From positions 2,592,001 through 2,656,000 of the forward strand of contig CBDCKW010000009.1 of the NCBI GenBank assembly GCA_965218435.1: DNA of 64,000 nucleotides, in the 5' to 3' direction. Below the pieces are notes generated by a model, which worked only from the letters and a program-made list of their open reading frames with translations, had not been told where the DNA came from and did no database searches. Below, one piece after another: positions 49,847 to 59,671 of this stretch (its first letter is position 1; each line of letters starts with the position of its first letter). This stretch comes from Truepera sp. (GTDB lineage: Bacteria > Deinococcota > Deinococci > Deinococcales > Trueperaceae). Made by a program: the position numbers and the translations under genes.

Positions 49847-50689
49847 ATGTCAAAGAAGACAAAAGACAAAAAAGCTACCGCGGCGGAAGAAAACGGCAAA
49901 CACAGTGAGCACAAGAAGCTCGAGAAAAAGTTTTACGAGAGTGAACTTGAAAGGCTCCAGCTCGAGCTGGTTAAATTGCAAGAGTGGATTCGCGCAGAAG
50001 GGCTTAAAGTCGTCGTGATTTTTGAAGGGCGAGACGCCGCGGGCAAGGGCGGCGTTATCAAACGGATTACTGAAAGCCTCAACCCGCGTATCTGCCGCGT
50101 CGTCGCCCTCGGCACCCCGACCGAACGCGAAAAAACGCAGTGGTACTTTCAGCGTTATATCGCGCAGCTGCCTGCCAGCGGCGAGATGGTTTTATTTGAC
50201 CGGAGCTGGTACAACCGCGCAGGCGTCGAGCACGTGATGGGCTTTTGTACCAAAGCCGAATATCAGGAGTTTATGCGCTCGTGCCCCGAGTTTGAACGGA
50301 TGCTGGTGCGTTCAGGCGTCATCTTAATCAAGTACTGGTTTTCAGTCAGTCCTGACGAGCAGGAGAAACGGTTTCAAGACCGCCTCAAAGACCCGACCAA
50401 ACGCTGGAAACTCTCACCGATGGATTTGAAGGCGCGGAGCAAATGGGTCGAGTACTCGAAGGCCAAAGACACGATGTTTAACTACACCGACATCAAACAA
50501 GCGCCGTGGCTCGTCGTAGACGCCGACGACAAAAAACGCGCCCGCCTGAACTGTATCAGTCACCTTTTAAGCGTGATTCCTTATAAAGACCTGACGCCGG
50601 AGCCGATCAAGCTTCCGCCGCGGCAGGAAAACATCTCGTATGTGCGCCCGCCGATGAATGAGCAAACCTTTGTGCCGGAGGTTTACTAG
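49847..50689 (+). CDS. ppk2: Polyphosphate kinase 2
   Basis: FEGRDAAGKGG, QWYFQRY, FDRSWYNRAGVE, WKLSPMD. Confidence 0.95.
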   Translation: MSKKTKDKKATAAEENGKHSEHKKLEKKFYESELERLQLELVKLQEWIRAEGLKVVVIFEGRDAAGKGGVIKRITESLNPRICRVVALGTPTEREKTQWYFQRYIAQLPASGEMVLFDRSWYNRAGVEHVMGFCTKAEYQEFMRSCPEFERMLVRSGVILIKYWFSVSPDEQEKRFQDRLKDPTKRWKLSPMDLKARSKWVEYSKAKDTMFNYTDIKQAPWLVVDADDKKRARLNCISHLLSVIPYKDLTPEPIKLPPRQENISYVRPPMNEQTFVPEVY

Positions 50690-50724
50690 CGGGGTTGAAT
50701 CTGAGTATAGCCACCTCGAGCAAC

Positions 50725-51135
50725 CTATCCTGCAGGGGCCGGATTGAGCAGCTCGAGCTTAAAAAGTGACCTGTAGCTTTCGTCTCGGCTTATCAGCCCG
50801 GAGCCCGAAACGGCCGCGTGAGCCCCAATCAGAAAATCCGCCAGCATCCATTTTTTTAGACCCCCACGACGTTTGTAGGCGTAAAAGGCGCGGCCCGCCA
50901 AAAATGACGCCTCTAACGGAATGGGGTCACGCCGAAATAGCGTGAGAGGCAGGAGTTCGTTTAGCTCTTCTAACGAAGCTAAAGTAGCAGAAACCTCGGC
51001 CAGAACGACTGGATTAACGACCAATACGCCTGTTTGGGCGCAGGTTGACAAGACCCCAGCCGAACGTTCTCCAAAGGTTGCGTCGGCACCCAGCACGTCT
51101 AACATGATGTTGGTGTCAACCAACTACGGTTTCAT
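50725..51135 (-). pseudogene. vapC: VapC PIN toxin with an in-frame TAG at codon 4 (TTG restart possible)
   Basis: ATG AAA CCG TAG TTG GTT GAC ACC AAC; PIN motifs VDTN, LAEV, ADFLIGAHA, SRD. Confidence 0.7.
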
Positions 51136-51341
51136 TCGCGCAGGAGTTTTATCAGCTCAGTGGTTGAGCGTTCAAACTGTTTGCGACCGTAGAGTTTGGC
51201 CAGTTCATCTTGCCGACCTTCTTTAACGAGTAGCAGTGCGCCATCTTGTACGACAAACATTACTTCGGTTTCCGGCAAAAAGCCAAACGCTTCGCGCAGT
51301 GCTTGAGGAATCGTCACCTGACCACGTTCGCCGACCTTCAC
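51132..51341 (-). CDS. AbrB/MazE-family antitoxin
   Basis: KVGERGQVTIPQALREAFG...EVMF. Confidence 0.88.
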   Translation of the reverse strand: MKVGERGQVTIPQALREAFGFLPETEVMFVVQDGALLLVKEGRQDELAKLYGRKQFERSTTELIKLLRE

Positions 51342-51520
51342 ACCAAATCCCCAAAATACGAATCCGAATTCATACCAAGAATATAGCTCGAGTCCGTTTT
51401 ATGTTGCACGTAGGAAAGCTAGGTCGCGGCATACTATTTTGAACACCGTTACGAACCGTGTTTTACCGAATTTGCTAAGCTTGATTACATTAAGAGATTG
51501 CACTACGAAGGGGGAAAAGC

Positions 51521-53179
51521 ATGTCGCAGACAACTTGGTCGCAGTTCGAGGCGGCTTACGATGACCTCGAGGCCCGGGCATTGACGCTCAGCAACGTTGA
51601 GCGTTGGCTGCATGAGTGGAGCGACCTCGAGAAAGAGGTCGGCGAGCAGGCGATGACGCTTCAGCGTGCAAAAGACGAAGACACCCGCGATAAAGCAGCA
51701 GAAGCGGCCTATACAGCGTTTATTCAAGAGGTAATGCCGCCGCTAGATACCGTTAATCAAAAGCTCAAAGTCAAGTTCTTGGGGCTTTCAGACTACGGGC
51801 CTACCCCCGAAACAGCCGAGTTTATCAAAAAGTTCTGTAACGAAGTCGAGCTATTTAGAGACGCAAACACGCCTCTACTGGCCGACGAAACGACGCTAGG
51901 CAGCGACTACAGCAAGATCATGGGCAGCGTTTCAGTCCACTTAGACGGCGAGGCTCTAACGATTCCCGAAACGCAAAAGAAGCTGCTCTCCCCCGACCGA
52001 GCCTTACGCGAGCGGGCGTGGCAGGCAATTCACGAAGCCAAGCTGAGCGTCAGCGGTGAGTTAGACGACCTCTTCTTAAAGCTGCTCAAGTTGCGGCGGC
52101 AACTCGCCGCCAACGCCGACCTACCCGACTTTCGCGCTTTCTCGTGGCGGCGGTGGAACCGCTTTGATTACACGCCGGAAGAGAGCCTGACGCTGCACGA
52201 GTCTATCGCCAATGAGGTCGTCCCACTCACGGCCAAACTATATGAAGCGCGTCAAAGAGAGCTGGGCGTAGCGGAACTGCGTCCGTGGGATAGAAGCGTT
52301 GACCCGCACTCGAGACCGCCCCTCGAGCCCTTTGAGACTGTAGGAGAACTTGAAGAGGGTTTGGTACATATCTTCGGCCACCTCGACCCTGAGCTAGCTG
52401 AGCAGTTCAGCAGTCTCCGGGACGGTTGGCTCGACCTGGAGGCGCGTGAGGGCAAAGTGCCGGGGCTCGGGTATCAGGGCTATTTTCCGCAAAAAGAAAA
52501 GCCCTATATCTACTACACGGTCAACGGAACCCACAGCGACGTCACGGTACTCGTTCACGAGGCGGGTCACGCCTTTCATTCATTTGCGTCGGCAGCACGT
52601 AACGAGTTGGTGTGGAACTTTTATCCGGGTATGGAATTCGCTGAGGTCGCATCACAGACGATGGAACTTTTGATGTTGCCCTATCTAAACGAGGCTGAAG
52701 GCGGATTTTACAACGACGAGGACGTAGTGCGGGCGCGGCGTGAGGGGCTCGAGCGTGTTCTCTTTTTATCCCCTTACCTCGCCAAAAGCGACGCCTTTCA
52801 GCACTGGCTCTATACCGAAGCGCCCGAAGACGTAACTATTGCCGAGATAGATGCCAAGTGGCTCGAGCTAGAAGAGCACTTCGACCCTGGCGTGGACTGG
52901 TCGGGGCTGGAGCGAGAGCGGGCCAAAGGCTGGCAATACTTTCACATCTTCGCGGTACCCTTTTATATGCTCGAGTACGCTTTTGCGTGGCTCGGCGCGG
53001 TGCAAATCTGGCGTAACGCCCTAGATGACCCGCAAGCCGCGCTCAAAAAATACCGTGCGGCGCTCGCACTGGGCGGCACAAAACCGTTACCTGAACTTTT
53101 TGAAACTGCCGGGGCGCGGTTTGCGTTCGACCGGGAGACGGTCGGTGAGGCGATGCGGTTTGTCTACAGTCAGCGGTAG
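51521..53179 (+). CDS. M3 family oligoendopeptidase
   Basis: HEAGHAFH zinc motif, EFAEVAS, HIFAVPFYMLEY. Confidence 0.9.
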   Translation: MSQTTWSQFEAAYDDLEARALTLSNVERWLHEWSDLEKEVGEQAMTLQRAKDEDTRDKAAEAAYTAFIQEVMPPLDTVNQKLKVKFLGLSDYGPTPETAEFIKKFCNEVELFRDANTPLLADETTLGSDYSKIMGSVSVHLDGEALTIPETQKKLLSPDRALRERAWQAIHEAKLSVSGELDDLFLKLLKLRRQLAANADLPDFRAFSWRRWNRFDYTPEESLTLHESIANEVVPLTAKLYEARQRELGVAELRPWDRSVDPHSRPPLEPFETVGELEEGLVHIFGHLDPELAEQFSSLRDGWLDLEAREGKVPGLGYQGYFPQKEKPYIYYTVNGTHSDVTVLVHEAGHAFHSFASAARNELVWNFYPGMEFAEVASQTMELLMLPYLNEAEGGFYNDEDVVRARREGLERVLFLSPYLAKSDAFQHWLYTEAPEDVTIAEIDAKWLELEEHFDPGVDWSGLERERAKGWQYFHIFAVPFYMLEYAFAWLGAVQIWRNALDDPQAALKKYRAALALGGTKPLPELFETAGARFAFDRETVGEAMRFVYSQR

Positions 53180-53253
53180 CAGCTCAGATATTTTAGGTAA
53201 GTGAGGCTCGAGCCGATACACAAGGCCAAGAAGCAAAACGGGTATCCTCAGTT

Positions 53254-55284
53254 ATGATGCGCCGTTTGCCTCTACTGCTCGCACCCTTTTTGAGTGTCGC
53301 GTTTGCGGCGGGCGAGACCCCGGCTTTTTTTAGCGAAGTTGCAGTTTTGCTGGTTGTCAGCGCCGTGATCGCGTATATCTGCTTTCGGCTCGGTCTCGTC
53401 CCGATTATCGGCTTTTTGGTTGCGGGCGTCTTGATCGGCCCCAACGCACTCGGGCTCGTTCACGACGCTGAGCTGATCAGCGCCGCCGCTGAGCTCGGCG
53501 TGATTTTTTTGCTCTTTACCATCGGCATCGAGTTTTCCCTAGAGCAGCTCGCGCGAATTCGCCGCCTCATCTTTGTTGGGGGCGGCTTTCAGGTCGGCGT
53601 CACGGTCGCGCTGGTGACTGGAGTTTTGCTCCTTTTCGGCGTAGAGTGGCGCGTCGGCGTCTTTACGGGCTGCTTGGTAGCTTTGTCAAGTACCGCCATC
53701 GTCCTTAAACTGTTCGAGAGTAAGGGCGGGACCGACTCACCGATTGGGAACGTTTCGCTGGGCGTGTTGATCTTTCAAGACCTGGCGGTCGTGGTGATGG
53801 TGCTCCTTATTCCAATGCTCGGCGAGGGCGGCGGCTCGGTGCTGGGGCTCGGTTGGGCGCTCCTCAAAGCGGCCTTGCTGATTGTCCTCGTCTTAACGCT
53901 GGCAACAAGGGTGATGCCACATATTTTAGAAGCGGTTGCCCGTACCTGTTCACCGGAAATATTCCTGCTCACCGTCGTTGCTATATGTTTGGGAACGGCG
54001 TATGTCACGAGTCTAGCTGGGGTCAGCTTGTCGCTCGGCGCGTTTCTAGCGGGGCTTTTGGTCAGCGAGAGCCGCTTCGGACAGCAAGCACTGGGCGAAA
54101 TTTTACCGCTGCAAATTATCTTTAGTGCGGCGTTTTTTATCTCGGTCGGGCTGCTGTTAGACCTCAGCTTTGTAGTGATGAACCTGCCGCTGGTGCTCGC
54201 CGCGATTCTCGGCGTGCTGGCGCTTAAAACGCTCGTGACAACCGGCGCGGCGCGGCTGCTCGGGTATCCGCTTAACGTGGCGCTCCCTGCCGGATTTTTG
54301 CTCGCGCAAGTAGGCGAGTTTTCGTTTGTGTTGGAGCGGGCCGGACGCGAAGTGGGACTCTCCCCCGCTGGCCTCGGCGACGCGGGCGCACAGACGTTTA
54401 TCGCCACGACCGTACTGCTGATGGGCGCAACCCCGTTTTTAGCACGTATCGGACGGCAGGTTAAAACTCGGTTGCCGATCTCGCAAACGCCTCTCGCGGA
54501 AAAGCCACCCGACGCCTCGGCCTTTGCCGAGTTGCAAAACCACGTGATTGTCGCAGGCTACGGCGATAGGGCGCGGCGGTTGGTGCGAGTGTTGGGGGAA
54601 GCCCAAGTCCCTTTTATCATCGTCACGCTGAGCCCCACCGGAGCGACCGAAGCCGAAAATGAGGGACGCAATGTGGTGCGCGGCGACTACGCCAAAAGCT
54701 CGGTGTTAAACGCTGTAGGGTTGACTCGAGCCCGGTCGCTCGTCGTTGCCGACGACGACCCCAACATGACAGCGAGGGTTGTAAGCGTCGTCCGCGGACT
54801 TTCGCCGGAAGTCTATCTGATCGCGTCTACGCGTACCTACGCGCAGGCAAAAGCTCTTAAACAAGCCGGGGCAAGCGCGGTTATCTCTGAAGAGTACGCG
54901 GTGACTGAGCGTCTTGTCACCCACATTTTGGAAAACGCGGGCGTAAACCCTGACGACGCGCAGCGTTACGCCGAAGTCCATGACGCAGAGGCGCTACCGC
55001 CCGTAGCCCTAACTGCTGAGCAACAGGCGAGCCCCGCGTGTAGCCACACCGCTCAAGCACGTACCGTTTCGCCGCTCACAGCGGGGTGCGAAGAGTGTAT
55101 GAAACTCGGCGACAGCTGGGTTCACCTACGCGTGTGTATGAGCTGCGGCAAGGTCGGCTGCTGTGACGACTCGAAAAACAAACACGCTACGGCGCACTTT
55201 CACGAAACCGGGCATCCGATTATCCGCTCTCGAGAGCGGGGGGAAGACTGGGCGTACTGTTATGAAGATGAGGCGATGCTCTAG
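53254..55284 (+). CDS. CPA2 cation:proton antiporter with TrkA_N (KTN) domain and C-terminal UBP-type zinc finger
   Basis: LSSTAIV, FQDL, QVGEFSFV; VAGYG; CEEC...HLRVCMSCGKVGCCD...HATAHF. Confidence 0.88.
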   Translation: MMRRLPLLLAPFLSVAFAAGETPAFFSEVAVLLVVSAVIAYICFRLGLVPIIGFLVAGVLIGPNALGLVHDAELISAAAELGVIFLLFTIGIEFSLEQLARIRRLIFVGGGFQVGVTVALVTGVLLLFGVEWRVGVFTGCLVALSSTAIVLKLFESKGGTDSPIGNVSLGVLIFQDLAVVVMVLLIPMLGEGGGSVLGLGWALLKAALLIVLVLTLATRVMPHILEAVARTCSPEIFLLTVVAICLGTAYVTSLAGVSLSLGAFLAGLLVSESRFGQQALGEILPLQIIFSAAFFISVGLLLDLSFVVMNLPLVLAAILGVLALKTLVTTGAARLLGYPLNVALPAGFLLAQVGEFSFVLERAGREVGLSPAGLGDAGAQTFIATTVLLMGATPFLARIGRQVKTRLPISQTPLAEKPPDASAFAELQNHVIVAGYGDRARRLVRVLGEAQVPFIIVTLSPTGATEAENEGRNVVRGDYAKSSVLNAVGLTRARSLVVADDDPNMTARVVSVVRGLSPEVYLIASTRTYAQAKALKQAGASAVISEEYAVTERLVTHILENAGVNPDDAQRYAEVHDAEALPPVALTAEQQASPACSHTAQARTVSPLTAGCEECMKLGDSWVHLRVCMSCGKVGCCDDSKNKHATAHFHETGHPIIRSRERGEDWAYCYEDEAML

Positions 55285-55525
55285 TCTGTGAAACCCTTAC
55301 ATGTGTTGCCACCTTTAGCGTTCCCACACTAAAAATAATAGTCGCAGACAGCATAAAAGCCGTCTATAGTACGCGTCATTTGTTGACTCACAGTTTTTAC
55401 CAACCCAGCTGCTACAGCTAGCAAAGCCGCGCCCGGCCTATATAGAGACATAGGGCCAACCGTTAAGCTGTCAGCTGGTGTCTAGTTAGAAGTGTCCAAC
55501 AAACGACACTTATGGGGGCATAGCG

Positions 55526-57100
55526 ATGCGCATCGGTCTCAGGTCGGCAAAATCCCTTCGGTTCATAGAGCCTTTTATCTACTACTTCGTCATACTCGTT
55601 ACTAGCTCTATAAGTTTTACCGCCAAAGCTACCCCGTCTACACCAAACCGTGCAGACAAACCCAACCTCATTCTCATCATCACCGACGACCAGGTGGCCA
55701 ACCTCGTACCCTATATGCCGCAGGTGCAAAAGCTGCTCGTTGCTCAGGGAACGAGCTTTACTCAGGCGTTTGCCACGACGCCGCTCTGCTGCCCGGTACG
55801 TAGCACCGTGTTACGCGGGCAGTATGCGCACAACCACGGCGTCCTCAATAACGACGGCCCGGCGGGTGGCTTTCCAGAGCTTTACAGTTCGGGCGAGGAG
55901 GCTTCAACGATTGCCACGTGGTTACGCGGCGCAGATTATCAGACGGCGCTGCTCGGCAAATACCTTAACGCTTACCCATACGGCCCTACCGGGACGATGC
56001 CAAAGGCGTTTCGCGCACCACCCCACACCTACGTGCCACCAGGTTGGACTGAATGGTTTGGGTTCTTAGATGTCCCACGAAATAAAAAGCTCAACCCCTA
56101 CCGGATGTACAACTACAGCGTCAATCAAAATGGCCGGATCGTGCGTTACGGCCACGACTCGGAAGACTATCAAACCGATGTGTTGGCGCGTCAGACGCGC
56201 GGCGTCATCAGGCGTTTTAGTCAGTCACCCCAACCCTTCTTTATCTACCTAGCTCCGACTGCGCCGCATCTACCGGCCATTCCCGCGCCCCGTGATGAAG
56301 GAACGCTGCTTGGCGTCAAAGCGCCTCGGCCACCGTCATTTAACGAAGCTGACATCTCCGACAAACCGACCTGGCTCCGTGAGGTCGTCCGGCTGAACCG
56401 GCACAGCGTAGGGACGATTGACCGGATTTTCCGGCGCGAGCGTGAGATGATCCTAGCCCTCGACGACCTCGTAGGCACCGTCGTCAAAACGTTGCGAAAG
56501 CAGGGCGAGCTAAAAAACACGTATATTGTCTTTACCAGCGACCAGGGATTTCACTTCGGCGAACACCGGCTTTTTCGTATCAAACTGACGCCTTACCACG
56601 CGGCGACACACGTTCCGCTCGTCATCCGTGGGCCGGGGATTGTAAAGGGTCAGAAGCGAAAACAGCTCGTCCTTAATACGGACCTCGCCCCAACCTTGGC
56701 AGCGTTGGGAAAGGCCGAGGCACCACGCTTTGTTGACGGCCGTTCGCTGTTGCCACTCTTGGGTTTAGCGCCGAAACCTAAGGCGTGGCGGCAAACGTCA
56801 CTCGTCGAGTTTTGGCCCCGGAAGGTTCCGCTACTCGATACCCGTGACGAGTCGGTGTTATCGGTTAAGGTTCCCGAATACAGCGGCTTACGGACCAAAA
56901 AGTATCTTTACGTCGAGTACACCTACGCGGGTGGGCAACGTGAACGCGAGCTTTACGACCTCGAGAGAGACCCGTACGAACTTACGAATGTCGCCGAACG
57001 CGCACCCAAAGCCCTGCTCGCCAGACTCGAAAGGAAACTCACAGCGTTAAAAACCTGCCGCGCAGCAGGCTGCCGCAAGGCAGAAAACACGCTACCCTAG
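55526..57100 (+). CDS. Secreted sulfatase (GlcNAc-6-sulfatase-like)
   Basis: ITDDQ, CCPVRS (CxPxR), GKYLN, TSDQG, ELYDL..DPYEL.N. Confidence 0.88.
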   Translation: MRIGLRSAKSLRFIEPFIYYFVILVTSSISFTAKATPSTPNRADKPNLILIITDDQVANLVPYMPQVQKLLVAQGTSFTQAFATTPLCCPVRSTVLRGQYAHNHGVLNNDGPAGGFPELYSSGEEASTIATWLRGADYQTALLGKYLNAYPYGPTGTMPKAFRAPPHTYVPPGWTEWFGFLDVPRNKKLNPYRMYNYSVNQNGRIVRYGHDSEDYQTDVLARQTRGVIRRFSQSPQPFFIYLAPTAPHLPAIPAPRDEGTLLGVKAPRPPSFNEADISDKPTWLREVVRLNRHSVGTIDRIFRREREMILALDDLVGTVVKTLRKQGELKNTYIVFTSDQGFHFGEHRLFRIKLTPYHAATHVPLVIRGPGIVKGQKRKQLVLNTDLAPTLAALGKAEAPRFVDGRSLLPLLGLAPKPKAWRQTSLVEFWPRKVPLLDTRDESVLSVKVPEYSGLRTKKYLYVEYTYAGGQRERELYDLERDPYELTNVAERAPKALLARLERKLTALKTCRAAGCRKAENTLP

Positions 57101-57283
57101 ACTTCTTGCGAAGATAGAGCCTGACATTCTTCAGAGTTTTTGGTACGTTCGGTCAGCGCCTTAACCTAGCGAACAGCATTTGAACAGGCGTTAGTAGGTT
57201 AGCCCGACCATAAACAGCACAAGCCGGTTTGAGCTTCGGGGTAGCCACGGCTACCCTTATGACCGGGCGCTCTGAGGTCGTAC

Positions 57284-57748
57284 CTAAGCTGCCTGCAATT
57301 CTTTAAGCTCATCACTGACCTTTTGCGCGTGCCCGTCGTGGTTGACGTTATACATCGCTTCAGCGATGTTGCCGTCCGGGTTGATGATAAAGGTCGAGCG
57401 CTGGGTTCCTTCGTAGCTCGAGCCGTCAGGCAGTTTCTTTTCCCCATAGGTGCCGTAACGTTTGGCAACTTCGCCGCCCGGGTCGGAAAGAAGCGGGAAC
57501 GGCAGGTTGTGCCCCTCGGCAAAGTCCTCGTGAGACGCTAAATCGTCGGCTGAAACGCCTAACACTTGGGCACCCATGCCGGGCATGGCATCCCGAAAAT
57601 CGCACGCCTCTTGGGTACACCCCGGCGTGTTGTCTCTCGGGTAAAAGTACAACACGACCCAGGTGCCGCGGTAATCGGTGAGGTTTTTGCTGCCCTGATT
57701 GGACTCGAGGGTAAAGTCGGGGGCTTGGTCGCCTACTGCAAGGTTCAT
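57284..57748 (-). CDS. bcp: Peroxiredoxin Bcp/PrxQ
   Basis: YFYPRDNTPGCTQEACDFRD. Confidence 0.9.
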   Translation of the reverse strand: MNLAVGDQAPDFTLESNQGSKNLTDYRGTWVVLYFYPRDNTPGCTQEACDFRDAMPGMGAQVLGVSADDLASHEDFAEGHNLPFPLLSDPGGEVAKRYGTYGEKKLPDGSSYEGTQRSTFIINPDGNIAEAMYNVNHDGHAQKVSDELKELQAA

Positions 57749-57832
57749 AATGGCTCCTTTTGGGATGTTCCGTCACACATTTGCTAATCTACAGCATGAC
57801 AAGTCAAGCAAAACCATTCCGGGGTACAGGCT

Positions 57833-58531
57833 GTGCCTGTAAAAACTATGTCCGCTGAGGCGCTTAAAAAGCGGGCTGCGCTCGAGGCCATCAAACACGT
57901 CAAATCGGGCATGACGCTTGGTCTCGGCACCGGCAGCACCGCCCGCTATGCGACCATCGGCATCGGTGAGTTGCTCGGGCGCGGTGAGCTTCAAGATATT
58001 CGCGCCGCTGTAACCTCGCTCGACACCGCACGGCTGGCGCAAGAGGGCGGTATTCCGCTGATTGACTTAGGGCCTGAAGGCGTTGACCTGGCGATTGACG
58101 GGATAGACGAGGTGACCGACACCTTAGACGTGATTAAGGGACTTGGCGGGGCGCTGTTACGCGAAAAGATCGTCGAGGCGCGGGCGCACATATTTATCTT
58201 GATCGGCGACGTGAGTAAACGTGTGGCTTATCTGGGCGAAAAAGCGCCGGTGCCAACTGAAGTTTTGGAGTTCGGCAGCGGCGCAGCAAAAAAAGACCTC
58301 GAGGCGCTCGGGTGTCGTCCGGTGTTGCGCGAACGTGACGGTCAGCTCGTCCGTAGTGACAACGGTAACCTGCTCCTCGACTGTCACTTTGACGCACCCT
58401 TTGACCCTCAGCAAGTTGCGGCGGCCATGAGTCAGATTCCGGGCGTGCTCGAGCACGGCTTGTTTTTGGGGATGGCCGACTTCGCCTATATTGCTGACGA
58501 AACACAAGTGGTGAGGCTCGAGCGCCCCTAA
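57833..58531 (+). CDS. rpiA: Ribose-5-phosphate isomerase A
   Basis: GLGTGST, DGIDEV, KGLGGALLREK, SDNGN, GVLEHGLF. Confidence 0.95.
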   Translation: MPVKTMSAEALKKRAALEAIKHVKSGMTLGLGTGSTARYATIGIGELLGRGELQDIRAAVTSLDTARLAQEGGIPLIDLGPEGVDLAIDGIDEVTDTLDVIKGLGGALLREKIVEARAHIFILIGDVSKRVAYLGEKAPVPTEVLEFGSGAAKKDLEALGCRPVLRERDGQLVRSDNGNLLLDCHFDAPFDPQQVAAAMSQIPGVLEHGLFLGMADFAYIADETQVVRLERP

Positions 58532-58575
58532 ACCTTTGCGCCCATCCAACTACGGGTTCACTTTATACTGAGCTT

Positions 58576-58938
58576 ATGGTCATCGCTGTAGGACTCGATA
58601 TCGTTGAACTAGACCGCATTCAAGGCGTGTGGAACCGCCACCGCGACCGGTTTTTAGAACGGCACTTTCACCCCGACGAACTCGCCTACTGCCTGAAAAA
58701 ACCGCACCCGCTGCCGTCTCTCGCAGTTCGTTTTGCGGCCAAAGAAGCGTTTCAAAAGACCTGGCCGGTCGCGCACGGTTGGCGCGACGTGTGGGTCGTT
58801 CGTCAGGGTGACAAACCCGTCTTGAGGTTTTCTGAGGAGATTGCCGCCGAGATGGAACAAAACGGCTGGCGGGCACACCTGAGCATGAGCCACGCCCGTA
58901 CGCACGCGACGGCAGTGGTGATTTTAGAAGCACTTTAG
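58576..58938 (+). CDS. acpS: Holo-ACP synthase
   Basis: GLDIVE, FAAKEA, SMSH. Confidence 0.9.
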   Translation: MVIAVGLDIVELDRIQGVWNRHRDRFLERHFHPDELAYCLKKPHPLPSLAVRFAAKEAFQKTWPVAHGWRDVWVVRQGDKPVLRFSEEIAAEMEQNGWRAHLSMSHARTHATAVVILEAL

Positions 58939-59642
58939 GACTCCGTGGGTAAAAACGTCAGCGATAAAAAATAGGGTTTTTTGCCCGGAGCCGGCTGCCG
59001 GGTGTAGAGGTCACTTCTGAGTTCGTAAAACTTGAGCAGGAGCGTCTTGGCTTCATCATCGGTCAGGTAAAGCTGAGAGTTAAAATCTCCGCCTAACGGT
59101 CCCCGGTATGAAGCGACCAACGCTGTGTCGTGCGGATTGAGAAATAGTTGCAAGGTGTCGCTCAGCTCGCCCGTGCGCGACGCCGAGTTACCCCAGACCG
59201 TTCCGCTTTCAGTGTGACGGTAAAACTCGTACCCCTCGAGCCCTGACTCCCTTAAAAGCTTAGCAGTAGCAGGCAAAATAACAGCTTCTTGAGCGCGGTA
59301 GTGTTCACGCATCCGCTCCTCGAGTTCGGCATAGGGCGTCACCTCGAACGGGATGAAATAGGCGTCGTAAACGCTGCGGTAATGCTTGACCGGGCGACCC
59401 GCACGTTTTTCGAGTCTCGAGACCTCTAACAGACCAGCTTTCAAAAACGTCTTGATGCGGTAGAGCAGCGTGTCGAGCTTGCAGTCAAGTTCTGCGGCTG
59501 CCTCGGTCGCACTCAGCTCTCGAGCGACAAACGGTTCAAAAAATCTAAAACTCTCTCGGTTAGAGAGGAGCCTAGCCTGCTCAGAATCGGTAACCGTATA
59601 AAACGCCTCAGCGGGTGGCCTACCGGAATTTTGCTCTGCCAT
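58935..59642 (-). CDS. ArsR-like winged-helix transcriptional regulator
   Basis: SATEAAAEL...LLYRIKTFLKAGLLEV...RAGRPVKHY; divergent from the MFS gene. Confidence 0.7.
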   Translation of the reverse strand: MAEQNSGRPPAEAFYTVTDSEQARLLSNRESFRFFEPFVARELSATEAAAELDCKLDTLLYRIKTFLKAGLLEVSRLEKRAGRPVKHYRSVYDAYFIPFEVTPYAELEERMREHYRAQEAVILPATAKLLRESGLEGYEFYRHTESGTVWGNSASRTGELSDTLQLFLNPHDTALVASYRGPLGGDFNSQLYLTDDEAKTLLLKFYELRSDLYTRQPAPGKKPYFLSLTFLPTES

Positions 59643-59671
59643 TTCAAGTAGCAGCCTATCACACTGAACGG

